Shown in pieces: positions 11,101 through 20,871 of a stretch of DNA of 32,000 bases. Below the pieces are notes generated by a model that worked only from the letters and a program-made list of their open reading frames with translations, searched no databases and was not told the DNA's origin. Source of the DNA: Cylindrospermopsis raciborskii Cr2010 (GTDB lineage Bacteria > Cyanobacteriota > Cyanobacteriia > Cyanobacteriales > Nostocaceae); assembly GCF_003367075.2 (NCBI RefSeq), contig NZ_CP065936.1:2550001-2582000 (forward strand), in the 5' to 3' direction. Both the position numbers and the translations under genes were made by a program. The stretch's first letter is position 1; every line of letters starts with the position of its first letter.

Positions 11101-11709
11101 CCAAAGGTATTAAATTCTATGTCCGTAGGTGCGGAAAGAATTCGAGATTTAGTTGTGAGTTTACGTAATTTTTCTCGTGTCGATGAATCAGAAATTAAAC
11201 CTTTAGATATTCACCAGAGTATTGACAGTACCTTAATCCTCTTACAACCTCAATTTAAGGAAAAGTTAGGATCTGCCAAAAATCTTATTGTCAAAAACTA
11301 TAGCGATCTGCCGTTAATTACTTGTTATGCTTCTCAGTTAAATCAAGTATTTATGAATATAATTGGTAATGCAATTGATGCTGTATATGAACACCGACTA
11401 ACTTTATCAGCAGCAGCAAAGGAGATTTTTACGGGAAAAATAATCATCTCCACATCAGTGATTAGTCGTGATTGGGTGAGAATTTGTGTTAAAGATAATG
11501 GCAAGGGGATGACTACCGAAATGAAAAACCGAATTTTTGAGCCCTTTTTCACGACCAAACCCGTGGGTGAAGGTACTGGTTTAGGATTATCTATTAGTTA
11601 TCAAATTATAGTCAATCAACATCGGGGAAAAATTCATTGTCTATCCCAACCGGGAATGGGAACAGAATTTGTCATCCAAATCCCCACGGATTGTTCTCAA
11701 TATGATTAG
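8128..11709 (+). pseudogene. 3' part of the same HstK-type gene: helical/TPR-like region, GAF domain, HisKA and HATPase_c
   Basis: The frame is open from the IS right end (LATQIHKLPVATQEVLKIAACIGNEFDL...). It includes a GAF-like block (ILCNPILKHGQLMGIIYLEN), a coiled-coil linker, an H-box (SLGQMVASIAHEINNP), an N-box (NIIGNAIDA) and G-boxes (DNGKGM, GTGLGLSIS). Within the remnant, the track's only candidate start is a GTG at 8170. Confidence 0.8.
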
Positions 11710-11819
11710 AATTCTATTGGAGCGTAAAAGCCCATGAAACTAAATACTATTCATGAGCAGGTAAGTGCGATTAAACTTGTTGCAATTATTTAAAGTTATC
11801 TAATTTTTCATAACTTCTA

Positions 11820-12335
11820 TTAGTCTTCATCTTCCTCCTCATCTTCATATTCTTCATCAAAAATCTCATCTATTAACTCTTCAGCACGATCATCAGGAAT
11901 CTTTAATGCTTCCTGTAGTGCAAGTAGATAGTCTTGGTCAGCTTCAGATAATTCTTCATCAATATCCATGATGAGTAGGGCCAGGACGTATGCGATTTCA
12001 CAATAAATACCTTCATCCTCTAATTTTAACAGAGATGAAATAGCACTGGGGATGAGATCCTCAAGTCGGTTCTTGTTTTCATCAATATAGGAATCCACTG
12101 TAGATGATAAAGCATTAAATTCTTCTTCAGTGTATTCATCAAAAATTTGTAACCCATCAAACAGGTCAGGTATGGGGTAATCTTTAGTGTAAATAATACC
12201 TTCTTGCTCATTAGCAGCGGAAAAAAGTCCGAGGATGGAGATAGCTACCTCCGGTTTGAGGTCAAGAGGATTTTGACTGGTGCCCTTAACGAGCTGACTT
12301 TTAGACTGTGTTTTGGACATAGGGATCCTTGTCAT
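11820..12335 (-). CDS. Hypothetical acidic protein with a poly-Glu/Asp C-terminal tail
   Basis: 171 aa ORF of non-repetitive sequence, ending EEYEDEEEDED. I recognise no family with confidence. Confidence 0.6.
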   Translation of the reverse strand: MTRIPMSKTQSKSQLVKGTSQNPLDLKPEVAISILGLFSAANEQEGIIYTKDYPIPDLFDGLQIFDEYTEEEFNALSSTVDSYIDENKNRLEDLIPSAISSLLKLEDEGIYCEIAYVLALLIMDIDEELSEADQDYLLALQEALKIPDDRAEELIDEIFDEEYEDEEEDED

Positions 12336-12438
12336 TTAATCAATACTATCCTACCTTTATATTCCCCAATCCACTGGAAATCAGTGATATGATATTTTAT
12401 TATCATGACCACCACAAGACCAATTACAAAATAGACCC

Positions 12439-13392
12439 ATGACAATGGGAAAAAGAACACAGGCCAAAGATCTGGAAGTTAGACTACTGCGAGAAGGTAT
12501 TATCGAATCTCGACACGTAGTGCAAGCTGCAGTTAGTGATGACAGAGGAAGGGTTTTATCTGTAGCTGGTAACGCTGAAACAGCCACATTTGCCCGTTCC
12601 GCATTGAAACCATTTCAAGCTCTAGCCGTGACCAGCACGGGCACCATAGAACGCTATGGTTTGAGCGATCGCGATCTAGCGATTATCACTAGTTCTCACC
12701 AAGGTAGCATTGAACAAGTCAGACAAGTATTTAATATTATCTGGCGGGTTGATCTAGAAACAACCATGTTACAATGCCCCATTCCTTCCGGTAAGCGCAG
12801 TCCACTGGAATATAATTGTTCTGGTAAACATGCGGGTATGTTAGCCGTTTGTCAGCAAAGGCACTGGCCTTTAAACAATTATTTAGACAAAAAACATCCT
12901 GTCCAACAGTTGATTCTAAGCAAAGTAGCGGAACTACTAAGAATGCCAGCGGCAGAATTTATAGGTGTTCGAGATGACTGTGGTGCACCGACATATCTCA
13001 TGCAACTGGGTCAAATGGCTTTCTTATATGCTCTTTTGGGGTCTAGCAATAATCTAGATATGGAAAGGATTGTGCGAGCGATGAATCACCATCCAGTGAT
13101 GGTAGCTGGAGAAGGAGAATTTGATACGGAAATAATGCGATTGGCTCCCGGAGAACTAATTAGTAAGTCTGGAGCTGAGGGAGTGCAGTGTATTAGCAGA
13201 CTAGGGGAAGGAATGGGATTAACCATTAAAGTGGCTGATGGGAGCAAACGAGCTAAGTACGCAGCAGCTATTCATCTCCTACAACAAATGGGATGGATTA
13301 GTCCTAGCGTGGCCCAAAGTTTAGGAGATAAATTCATGAACCTCAGCAAATACAAACGTTTGGAGGTAATTGGAGAATTATCATTTTTATAG
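12439..13392 (+). CDS. Asparaginase-II family protein
   Basis: 317 aa with a pattern typical of the Rhizobium-type L-asparaginase II family: RSALKPFQA, SSHQGS, NCSGKHAGML, KSGAEGV. Confidence 0.7.
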   Translation: MTMGKRTQAKDLEVRLLREGIIESRHVVQAAVSDDRGRVLSVAGNAETATFARSALKPFQALAVTSTGTIERYGLSDRDLAIITSSHQGSIEQVRQVFNIIWRVDLETTMLQCPIPSGKRSPLEYNCSGKHAGMLAVCQQRHWPLNNYLDKKHPVQQLILSKVAELLRMPAAEFIGVRDDCGAPTYLMQLGQMAFLYALLGSSNNLDMERIVRAMNHHPVMVAGEGEFDTEIMRLAPGELISKSGAEGVQCISRLGEGMGLTIKVADGSKRAKYAAAIHLLQQMGWISPSVAQSLGDKFMNLSKYKRLEVIGELSFL

Positions 13393-13421
13393 TTGACAAA
13401 TTCTAGATTTGGAGTTATGTT
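13393..13421 (+). promoter_or_regulatory. Sigma-70-type promoter candidate for the initiator tRNA
   Basis: TTGACA (13393-13398), a 17 nt spacer, then TATGTT (13416-13421). The element lies about 24 nt upstream of the tRNA 5' end. Confidence 0.45.
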
Positions 13422-13444
13422 AGATGGGTAAGGAAAAAAAGCAA

Positions 13445-13518
<74 letters not shown>

Positions 13519-13526
13519 CTTGTATC

Positions 13527-13562
13527 AAAAAAAGCCCGTCTGGTAGTTCCGATGGGCTTTTT
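13527..13562. terminator. Bidirectional rho-independent terminator between tRNA-fMet (+) and ribF (-)
   Basis: An A-run is followed by a GCCCGTC / GATGGGC hairpin (7 bp including one G:U, 10 nt loop) and then a T-run. Confidence 0.6.
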
Positions 13563-13564
13563 GA

Positions 13565-14575
13565 CTAACTAGCGGCAAAAACATGCTTAGCAGTGACACA
13601 GTCTAGTTCAATTTGCTGCTTAAGAGCCTCCAGATTGGGAAACTTTTGTTCAGGACGTAGGAATTCTACTAGCTCCAGAACTAATTGTCTGCCATATAAG
13701 TCCCCCTCCCAGTCAAACAAATGTACTTCTACAGATAAAGAATAGCCATTAACTGTAGGGCGATTGCCAATATTCATCACCCCAAGGATGACCTGGGGAC
13801 TGGTGTCTATTAAAGCCCTAACAGCATATACTCCTTGACGAGGTAAAAATTTATCCTGTGGTAGTTGCAGATTAGCTGTGGGAAAACCGATAGTTCTACC
13901 CAGTTTTTTTCCGGTGACTACTATACCAGATAGAGTATAAGGTCTTCCCAATAGACGGTTAGCCCTGGGGACATCACCTAGAGATAAAGATTCTCGGATT
14001 AGGGAAGTGCTAATACGATTCTCCTGACCATCTATTGTGTCATCATTTGCGGGTAAATTAATCATATCCATTTGAATAGGAACTATATTAACAGGTATAT
14101 TATACAAACCAGCTAAAATTTGCAAATCCCTAGCAGTGCCAAGACGTTTTTGACCAAAACAAAAGTCTTCACCCACACTAATTTTCCGACATTGGAGTTG
14201 TTGCACCAAGATTTTTTCCACAAAATCCCGGGGTGAAAGAGCGGATAATTCCCTATCAAAGGGTAATAATACCAATTGGTCTATACCTAGTCCTTGTAGA
14301 CATTCTATCTTTTCCACCAGTGGTGTTAACAGGGAGCGGGGTTGGCCGCTAAAAAATTCCTCAGGATGGGGATCAAAGGTCACAACAGTTGAGTGAATGG
14401 ACTTTATATTGTCTATATTGTCTTGGGTGTGGGAATTTCGAACCGGTTCAATAACTCGTTGATGACCAAGATGAACACCATCAAACTTACCAAGAGCAAC
14501 AGCAGTTGGTGTTAGTATCTGGTCTGTGGAAGCAGCAACCCAGATAGAAGACCTATTTTGAGTCAAATTTAGCAC
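13565..14575 (-). CDS. ribF: Bifunctional riboflavin kinase / FMN adenylyltransferase
   Basis: 336 aa with an N-terminal FAD synthetase motif (ALGKFDGVHLGHQ) and a C-terminal riboflavin kinase region (GFPTANL, NIGNRPT, EVHLFD). Confidence 0.9.
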   Translation of the reverse strand: MLNLTQNRSSIWVAASTDQILTPTAVALGKFDGVHLGHQRVIEPVRNSHTQDNIDNIKSIHSTVVTFDPHPEEFFSGQPRSLLTPLVEKIECLQGLGIDQLVLLPFDRELSALSPRDFVEKILVQQLQCRKISVGEDFCFGQKRLGTARDLQILAGLYNIPVNIVPIQMDMINLPANDDTIDGQENRISTSLIRESLSLGDVPRANRLLGRPYTLSGIVVTGKKLGRTIGFPTANLQLPQDKFLPRQGVYAVRALIDTSPQVILGVMNIGNRPTVNGYSLSVEVHLFDWEGDLYGRQLVLELVEFLRPEQKFPNLEALKQQIELDCVTAKHVFAAS

Positions 14576-14682
14576 TTAGATTTACTTTGTGGTATTAAGG
14601 GGATGGTCGATATGGTCAAATCTATTCAATGTATGAAATAATAACTGTATGAGTGACCATAAGAGATAAGGACAAAGTTAAG

Positions 14683-15051
14683 ATGTATACGGGCTTTGAT
14701 CAAGACAAACGCAAAATACTCTCCGCCCTGTGCCACGGTGCCATTTTCTTTAGCACTACGGTGATATCTGTGGGTTTACCTGTTGCCATACTAATTATTT
14801 CCGATGACCCAGTTGTTAAAGACAATGCCAAGGAGTCCATAAATTTCCATTTTAACGTTTGGTTTTATGGGGCCATTTTAGCAGGTTTGTTTTTTCTGTT
14901 GGGTTGGTTAGTCCTACCCCTAATAATATTACTTCCTCTAGCGGGTGTGGGATATTTAATTCACTGGGCGCTGACAATTTTTGCCATTGTCAAGGTCCTG
15001 GCAAATCCAGACCTGGCCTTTAGCTATCCTTTTATCTTTCGAGTTTTTTAA
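14683..15051 (+). CDS. Small membrane protein, DUF4870-like
   Basis: A D(Q)DKRKILSALCHGA.. motif is followed by hydrophobic helices. I prefer the ATG at 14683 over the GTG at 14653. Confidence 0.6.
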   Translation: MYTGFDQDKRKILSALCHGAIFFSTTVISVGLPVAILIISDDPVVKDNAKESINFHFNVWFYGAILAGLFFLLGWLVLPLIILLPLAGVGYLIHWALTIFAIVKVLANPDLAFSYPFIFRVF

Positions 15052-15252
15052 AGGTCAACATTAATTTTTAGTAAATTATTTCCGAGAAAGTATCAATCCA
15101 GCTGTAGAATATAAAATTGCCCCATAGCTTGATTAGCAGTGAGGCAAACACAGTTAAGCACTGTTTTCATTTTGGCTGAAAGTCCCAGACCCGATTATGG
15201 TGTTTGTGACTGTTTGTTGTATGTCCACTTGTCTAAGATCAAATTAGGTTTT

Positions 15253-16230
15253 ATGTTTCCCACCCATCGTCCCCGTCGTTTACGTACCCATCCTCAATTA
15301 CGTCGGATGGTGCGTGAAACTGTCTTAACTACAAGCGATTTAATCTATCCTTTGTTTGCTGTTCCTGGTGAAAGTATCGCTAATGAGGTAAAATCCATGC
15401 CAGGGGTTTATCAACTCTCCATAGACAAAATTGTGGAAGAAGCAAAGGAAGTCTATGATTTAGGAATTCCAGCAATTATTTTATTTGGTATACCTGAAGA
15501 CAAAGATATAGATGCTACTGGTGCGTGGCATGATTGTGGCATTGTGCAAAAGGCAACAACCGCAGTTAAACAGGCAATTCCAGATTTAATCGTGGTCACG
15601 GATACTTGTTTGTGTGAGTACACTAGTCATGGTCATTGTGGTTACTTACAAACAGGAGACTTAACGGGAAGAGTGTTAAATGATCCCACTTTAGAGTTGT
15701 TGAAAAAAACTGCAATTTCTCAAGCTCAAGCTGGTGCTGATATTATTGCTCCTTCTGGAATGATGGATGGTTTTGTCCAAGCTATTCGCGCTGGCTTAGA
15801 TGAAGCAGGTTTTGAAAATATTCCCATCATGTCCTATGCTGCCAAGTATGCTTCTGCCTATTATGGTCCATTTAGAGATGCCGCAGACTCCACACCACAA
15901 TTTGGTGACAGACGTACTTACCAAATGGATCCAGCTAATTCCCGGGAAGCTATCAAAGAAATAGAGTTGGATATTATTGAAGGTGCTGATATGCTGATGG
16001 TAAAACCTGCTTTGGCATACATGGATATTATTTGGCAGGTTAAAAAAGCTAGCAATTTACCCGTGGCAGCTTATAATGTATCCGGAGAGTATTCTATGGT
16101 AAAAGCAGCTGCTTTAAATGGCTGGATAGATGAGCAGCGAGTTGTAATGGAAACTCTAACAGGATTTAAACGTGCAGGTGCTGATATGATTCTAACCTAT
16201 CATGCTAAAGAAGCAGCTAAATGGTTGTAG
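15253..16230 (+). CDS. hemB: Porphobilinogen synthase (delta-aminolevulinate dehydratase)
   Basis: RPRRLR N-terminus, a cysteine-rich metal site ([14 protein letters not shown]), and the active-site lysine contexts (MVKPA and SGEY). I place the start at the ATG at 15253 ([11 protein letters not shown]). Confidence 0.93.
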   Translation: MFPTHRPRRLRTHPQLRRMVRETVLTTSDLIYPLFAVPGESIANEVKSMPGVYQLSIDKIVEEAKEVYDLGIPAIILFGIPEDKDIDATGAWHDCGIVQKATTAVKQAIPDLIVVTDTCLCEYTSHGHCGYLQTGDLTGRVLNDPTLELLKKTAISQAQAGADIIAPSGMMDGFVQAIRAGLDEAGFENIPIMSYAAKYASAYYGPFRDAADSTPQFGDRRTYQMDPANSREAIKEIELDIIEGADMLMVKPALAYMDIIWQVKKASNLPVAAYNVSGEYSMVKAAALNGWIDEQRVVMETLTGFKRAGADMILTYHAKEAAKWL

Positions 16231-16253
16231 ATAAGTATCTTGGTAGCTTGTAT

Positions 16254-17636
16254 TTATAATCGGCTAGGTTCAGTGCTTTTTGGTGATTTGGTGGTGATTT
16301 CAATTTGGTGTAACCTAGGACCATTAACGGAAACCACAGTAAATTGTAGATTATTATAGACATAAATTTCTCCTTTACTGGGTATTCTCTGTAACTGATA
16401 CAGTAAAAACCCACCTAGAGTTTGATATTCTCGTGCAAGCGGTAAGTCAATTTGTAGGAACCGATTGAGTTCTTCCAAATTTGTCTGTGCTTGTACTAGA
16501 AAACTTTGCCTTTCTAATCTTTGAATTGCTACCCCCTCATTTGCGGAAGAATTGCCCGCATGACCGATAATTTCCTCAATAACATCCCCAATGGTGATCA
16601 TACCTGCTGTAGCACCAAACTCATCAACTACAATTACCATGGTTGATTTTTCCCGTTGCATCATTGATAATAATTCGCTCACCAGGGTTTGTTCTGGGAC
16701 AAACCGAGGAGAACGCATCCAGGGGTAAATTTTTGTCTCTGGGTTCATTTTTCCCTGGGACAAGGGTGTGGCTAGGTCTTGAAAATAGATAATGCCACGA
16801 ATATCATCTAAAGATTCACCAATCACGGGATAACGAGAATATCCACTAGATGTTATTTCCTCCAGAAGTTTTTGAAAACTAGCGTCTACTGATAGAGAGA
16901 TAATATTTGTGCGGGGGATCATCACCGATTGGGTGGTGATTTCTCCAAATTCAAACACATTGTTTAAAAGTTCCCTTTCAGCTAATTCTAATCCAGTTGA
17001 TTCTCGCTCCGTCGAAATAATTAATTGCAATTCTTCCGGTGTTACCGGAGGTCTCCAACTTTGACCTGTGTACTCAACACCAAATAATTTTAGTAAGTGA
17101 CGGGTAGATTGGTTGAGAATCCAAATGACCGGACTAAAAAACCGAACTATAGCTTTAACCGAAGGGCCTAAAAGACGGGCAAATTTTTCCGAATACATCA
17201 TCGCAACTGATTTGGGAAATAATTCTCCCAGAACAATCTGCAAGTAGGCAATCAGAAAAAAGGTCAGGGGAATTGATAAGGAATGAGCCACTACCACATT
17301 ACTTAGATTCCCCAAATTGCCCGGTAAAGAAAGAGATTGTAGCCATGCTTCTATGAGGGGAACAATGCTACTTTCTCCAATCCAACCCAGAGCCAAGCTA
17401 GAAAGAGTAATACCTAATTGAGCGGTAGATAGCAACCTATCAATACTACGTTGTAACATTTCCACTGCGATCGCAGGTGCATCACCAGACTGAACCAGTT
17501 GATGAATGCGGGTTCGACGCACAGTTACCATAGCAAATTCTGCTGCTACAAAAAAGGCGTTAATTGTTATCAAAATTAGTATTGACAACAATTTTAATCC
17601 TATATCTGTCCAAATTAACTGGGGAAAAGTGATCAC
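16254..17636 (-). CDS. DUF21/CBS-pair/CorC_HlyC family membrane protein (hemolysin-TlyC/CNNM-like transporter)
   Basis: 460 aa. The N-terminus has four TM helices (DUF21), followed by tandem CBS-like regions and a C-terminal CorC-type domain. Confidence 0.85.
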   Translation of the reverse strand: MITFPQLIWTDIGLKLLSILILITINAFFVAAEFAMVTVRRTRIHQLVQSGDAPAIAVEMLQRSIDRLLSTAQLGITLSSLALGWIGESSIVPLIEAWLQSLSLPGNLGNLSNVVVAHSLSIPLTFFLIAYLQIVLGELFPKSVAMMYSEKFARLLGPSVKAIVRFFSPVIWILNQSTRHLLKLFGVEYTGQSWRPPVTPEELQLIISTERESTGLELAERELLNNVFEFGEITTQSVMIPRTNIISLSVDASFQKLLEEITSSGYSRYPVIGESLDDIRGIIYFQDLATPLSQGKMNPETKIYPWMRSPRFVPEQTLVSELLSMMQREKSTMVIVVDEFGATAGMITIGDVIEEIIGHAGNSSANEGVAIQRLERQSFLVQAQTNLEELNRFLQIDLPLAREYQTLGGFLLYQLQRIPSKGEIYVYNNLQFTVVSVNGPRLHQIEITTKSPKSTEPSRL

Positions 17637-17731
17637 CTCTCAAGCTCGTGTAGAATAATTTTTATGAGAATTTTAGACTGCTCCCAACTCCCTATTTTAG
17701 ATGAAATCCGGTGTTGATTTTTTATTTTTCC

Positions 17732-18436
17732 TTATTTTTCTACAGGAATATCAGACAGCTGTAATTTAAGTTTTTGAGCAGGGTAGTCTGTTAGAGACAA
17801 GGTTAAACTACTCACATCGTTAAGTAAAGCAGTGGGGATGCTAATCTTACCCGTAAATATGGGCCCGTTACCTGGTAGCTCGGCGGGTAAACCATCTGTA
17901 GTAGCAGTCAAAACTCTGCCTTTATCGTCTGTAACATCTAGAAAACTATATAAAAATCTCACAGATTCATCAGACTGATTGTGCATTTTGACCTTGAGTA
18001 TGAGTTGACCACCGGAATAACTAGCTGACCGTACGGACATGTTTACACCCTCACTTTCAGCCACCACGGGAAATCCTGGCTGTGGGGGTTCTTCTGGAAG
18101 TTCTTGTGCTTTTTGTTGAGATTTATCTTTTGTGGATACGGTTTCTTCCTCTTCTTCGACCTTCCTTGTTCGATTATTGTTAGTCTTGTTTTTTTCTATT
18201 CGTTTTTTCACCTGATTAATTATATCCTCTTCTTTTAAGAAAGATATAGGGACAGATTGCAAATCATTATTCTTACTACTAATTAACTTAGATGTGGGAC
18301 GACCATCCGGTGATGTTACCCCCTTGAGAGCAGAGCTTCCCATAGAAAAACCCAAAAAAGCACTAACTGAACCTGTCATCAGCATCAGGGCTACCAAAAT
18401 TAAAGTTAGAACCGCAGTGGAATTTGTTGTTATCAT
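17732..18436 (-). CDS. Hypothetical membrane-anchored protein
   Basis: 234 aa. An N-terminal TM/signal-anchor is followed by a K/E-rich low-complexity linker and a C-terminal domain that looks beta-rich. Function unknown. Confidence 0.55.
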   Translation of the reverse strand: MITTNSTAVLTLILVALMLMTGSVSAFLGFSMGSSALKGVTSPDGRPTSKLISSKNNDLQSVPISFLKEEDIINQVKKRIEKNKTNNNRTRKVEEEEETVSTKDKSQQKAQELPEEPPQPGFPVVAESEGVNMSVRSASYSGGQLILKVKMHNQSDESVRFLYSFLDVTDDKGRVLTATTDGLPAELPGNGPIFTGKISIPTALLNDVSSLTLSLTDYPAQKLKLQLSDIPVEK

Positions 18437-18588
18437 TGTCAGACCTTGTTTAATAGCGATTTCCAGCCTAAACTAAAAAATTTTTTTTGGGTTGGCGTAA
18501 AATTATAAAAACTATGCTATGTTAGTTTGAGTTGGTTTGAACTTCAAGCAACTAGCGCCTTTGGCCGATTGGGGAGGCAACGAACTCA

Positions 18589-20871
18589 GTGCGACAGTCT
18601 CAACTCCATCCATGAGGGTGAAAGTCCCTCCATCAAGTCAGATGGTGACTCCAGTGTACACCTCTTTATTCTGACCCAATAGAGGGGGGAAGCAAGTACA
18701 CAAATCCAACGCTAAGAAAGTCCGATCAAAGCAGAGGAGAGGGAGTTCATATGGCTAACGAAAGTGAACCTGCGTCAGAACTACGGCTAAATAAAGCAGT
18801 GAAATGGACTGACACACTGCGAACAAAAGTTCAATGTGGCAAAGTAACCCCTATGTTGAGTGATAGGAACTCTGACCTTACAGACCACACCGTAGAAAGT
18901 AGGAGCCTAAGTGAACATAACAATGGTTGGCGAATAAAGACTGGGAACTAACTGTCTTGTAAACCTTTATAAGGAGGCTAAGTCAAAGCCTAAGATAGTT
19001 GGGAAGGAACTTACCTCAAGCCAAAGTCTACCTGTAATGGGTAGAATATGCCAAAAGGTAAGTGGCTACATTTCAGGTGAATCAAAGATGAAAGCCGATG
19101 ACTAAAGCTCAAGAAGCAGTATGGACACGTTTGGATTGGAATAACATCCAGTACAAGGTGTCGCGGTTACAATCCAAGATTTATCAAGCATCTCTGACTG
19201 GTGATAAAAGTTCTGTTGTTAAATATCAGAAAATCCTAATAAATTCCTACAGCGCCAAACTATTGGCAATCAAAAAGGTCACACAGGATAACAAGGGTAA
19301 AAAAACAGCAGATGGCGACCAGATAATCGACCTAGCCAAAAACCTGGAACTAGACGGAAAGGCAATTCCATTAACGAGGATGGAAATCCCCAAATCCAAT
19401 GGAGAATCCAGAAATCTAGGAATTTCAAAGATGGAAGATAGAGCCAAACAAGCCTTGGCAAAAATGGCTCTAGAACCGGAATGGGAAGCAAAATTTGAAC
19501 CCAATAACTATGGGTTTAGACCAGGGAGAAGCTGTCACGATGCGATCAGCGCCATTGAGAGCCAAGTCCGTAGAAGAACTAGCTATGTCCTAAGTGTGGA
19601 TATTAGTGGTTGCTTTGACAAGGTAAAACATGAGGCAATAGTAGAAAAGTGTAACACCTTCCCCATAATGGAACGCCAAATCAGGGCTTGGCTGAAAAGC
19701 GGAGTAATGATAGGCGAGGTATTCCATCCAATGGAAAAAGGTGTGCCAGTGGGAGGGGTCATTTCGCCTCTTTTGGCAAATATTGCACTACACGGACTAG
19801 AAACTCACATTTCCCAGAAATTTCCATATCTAAGTGCCAATCAGGCTCAAGGTAGGGTCGAGGAGATAGGGGAAGCTAGACTCATAAAATACGCCCATGA
19901 CTTCCTGGTACTACACTGGGAAGAAGAAACCATCAAAGCAGTAAAGACTGAAGTAGAGACCTGGTTAGGAGAAATAGGGTTAAACCTAAATCAACAAAAG
20001 ATCAGGATGTGTCACACCATGGAGGAATACAACGGGGAAAAACCAGGACTAGACTTTCTTGGATTTAACATCAGAACCTATAAAATAGGCAAGTACAAAT
20101 CCAATGAAAAAGTCAATGGCGAATTTCCGGGAATGTTAACTAAAATCAAACCATCGGAGAAGTCCGTGGAAAGATTTGTGAATGACATCAAAGAAACTCT
20201 AAATCAGGGACACGACAAAAACCCCCCGATGATGATCAAGCGGTTGAGCTGGATAATCAGAAGCTGGGCAAACTACTTCAAGTCAGGTAGCCACTCCTGG
20301 GAAACCTTTGGGGAATTGGAAAACCACAGGCTAGATAAAGTGTATCTAAACTGGGGAAGAAAAAGATTTGCCAAAGACGGTCTCGGGTACATACGCAAGA
20401 AGATATTCCATAAAACACCAAGAAAGACTAGTACTTTCGGGTGGAAGGAAGGAAACACTCTCTTCACAGTACCCACATTATACGAGTTCCCATACGCCCA
20501 ACACATTAAAGTAGAGGGAATAAAAAGCCCCTATGACAGAGATTGGGTCTATTGGACGAAAAGAATGGCTGACCACCCGGAAACACCTCAAAACATCAAG
20601 TTCGGAATAACACAACAAGAGGGTAAATGCTACTTATGTGGTCAAAACCTAACAGTTGAGGACTACCTTAAAATCCACTATATAGACGGAAATAAGAACA
20701 ACAACAGAAAGGAAAACAAGGCAGTAGTACATAATCACTGTCATGAAAGTCACCAAGAGATGACGGTATCTCAAAAAGAGATATTGGGTGTAGCTTGAAG
20801 CCGTGTGCGGTGAAAGTCGCAAGCACGGTTTTGCAGCCGAGTTATCCGAGTAATTGGGTAATTTAGGTAAC
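18589..20871 (+). mobile_element. Group II intron (2283 nt) with an intron-encoded protein in domain IV
   Basis: The supporting elements are:
- **5' end:** GTGCGAC.
- **EBS1 candidate:** TGAGT at 18857..18861 lies in the 8 nt loop of hairpin CCTAT/ATAGG (18850..18867) and is complementary to the last 5 exon nt, ACTCA.
- **Domain V (20798..20831):** AAGCCGTGTGCGGTGAAAGTCGCAAGCACGGTTT, with the AGC triad, a 2 nt bulge and a GAAA tetraloop.
- **Domain VI (20837..20867):** an 11 bp helix with bulged A at 20865, 7 nt from the 3' end.
- **3' end:** the intron ends in AC. Confidence 0.9.
19098..20798 (+). CDS. Group II intron-encoded protein: reverse transcriptase / maturase (X) / HNH endonuclease domains
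   Basis: 566 aa with RT blocks (LEPEWEAKFEPNNYGFRPGRSCHDA, VDISGCFDKV, GGVISPLLANIALHG), an X-domain-like SWIIRSWANYF, and a C-terminal CxxC...HNHCH HNH motif. Two catalytic-core residues differ from consensus: YAHD instead of YADD (19890..19901) and GVPVGG instead of G(T)PQGG. Confidence 0.9.
   Translation: MTKAQEAVWTRLDWNNIQYKVSRLQSKIYQASLTGDKSSVVKYQKILINSYSAKLLAIKKVTQDNKGKKTADGDQIIDLAKNLELDGKAIPLTRMEIPKSNGESRNLGISKMEDRAKQALAKMALEPEWEAKFEPNNYGFRPGRSCHDAISAIESQVRRRTSYVLSVDISGCFDKVKHEAIVEKCNTFPIMERQIRAWLKSGVMIGEVFHPMEKGVPVGGVISPLLANIALHGLETHISQKFPYLSANQAQGRVEEIGEARLIKYAHDFLVLHWEEETIKAVKTEVETWLGEIGLNLNQQKIRMCHTMEEYNGEKPGLDFLGFNIRTYKIGKYKSNEKVNGEFPGMLTKIKPSEKSVERFVNDIKETLNQGHDKNPPMMIKRLSWIIRSWANYFKSGSHSWETFGELENHRLDKVYLNWGRKRFAKDGLGYIRKKIFHKTPRKTSTFGWKEGNTLFTVPTLYEFPYAQHIKVEGIKSPYDRDWVYWTKRMADHPETPQNIKFGITQQEGKCYLCGQNLTVEDYLKIHYIDGNKNNNRKENKAVVHNHCHESHQEMTVSQKEILGVA

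Noticed and set aside
11710-11819. A CATGAA...TTCATG hairpin downstream of the histidine-kinase remnant, considered as a terminator.
   Set aside because: The stem is only 6 bp and AT-rich, the loop is 11 nt, and no U-run follows. That is not enough to call a terminator.
18751-18951. A 66 aa ORF in the ORF track.
   Set aside because: It lies inside domain I of the group II intron RNA, including the EBS1 hairpin. It has no coding-like features or ribosome-binding site, so I take it to be a spurious ORF in structured RNA.
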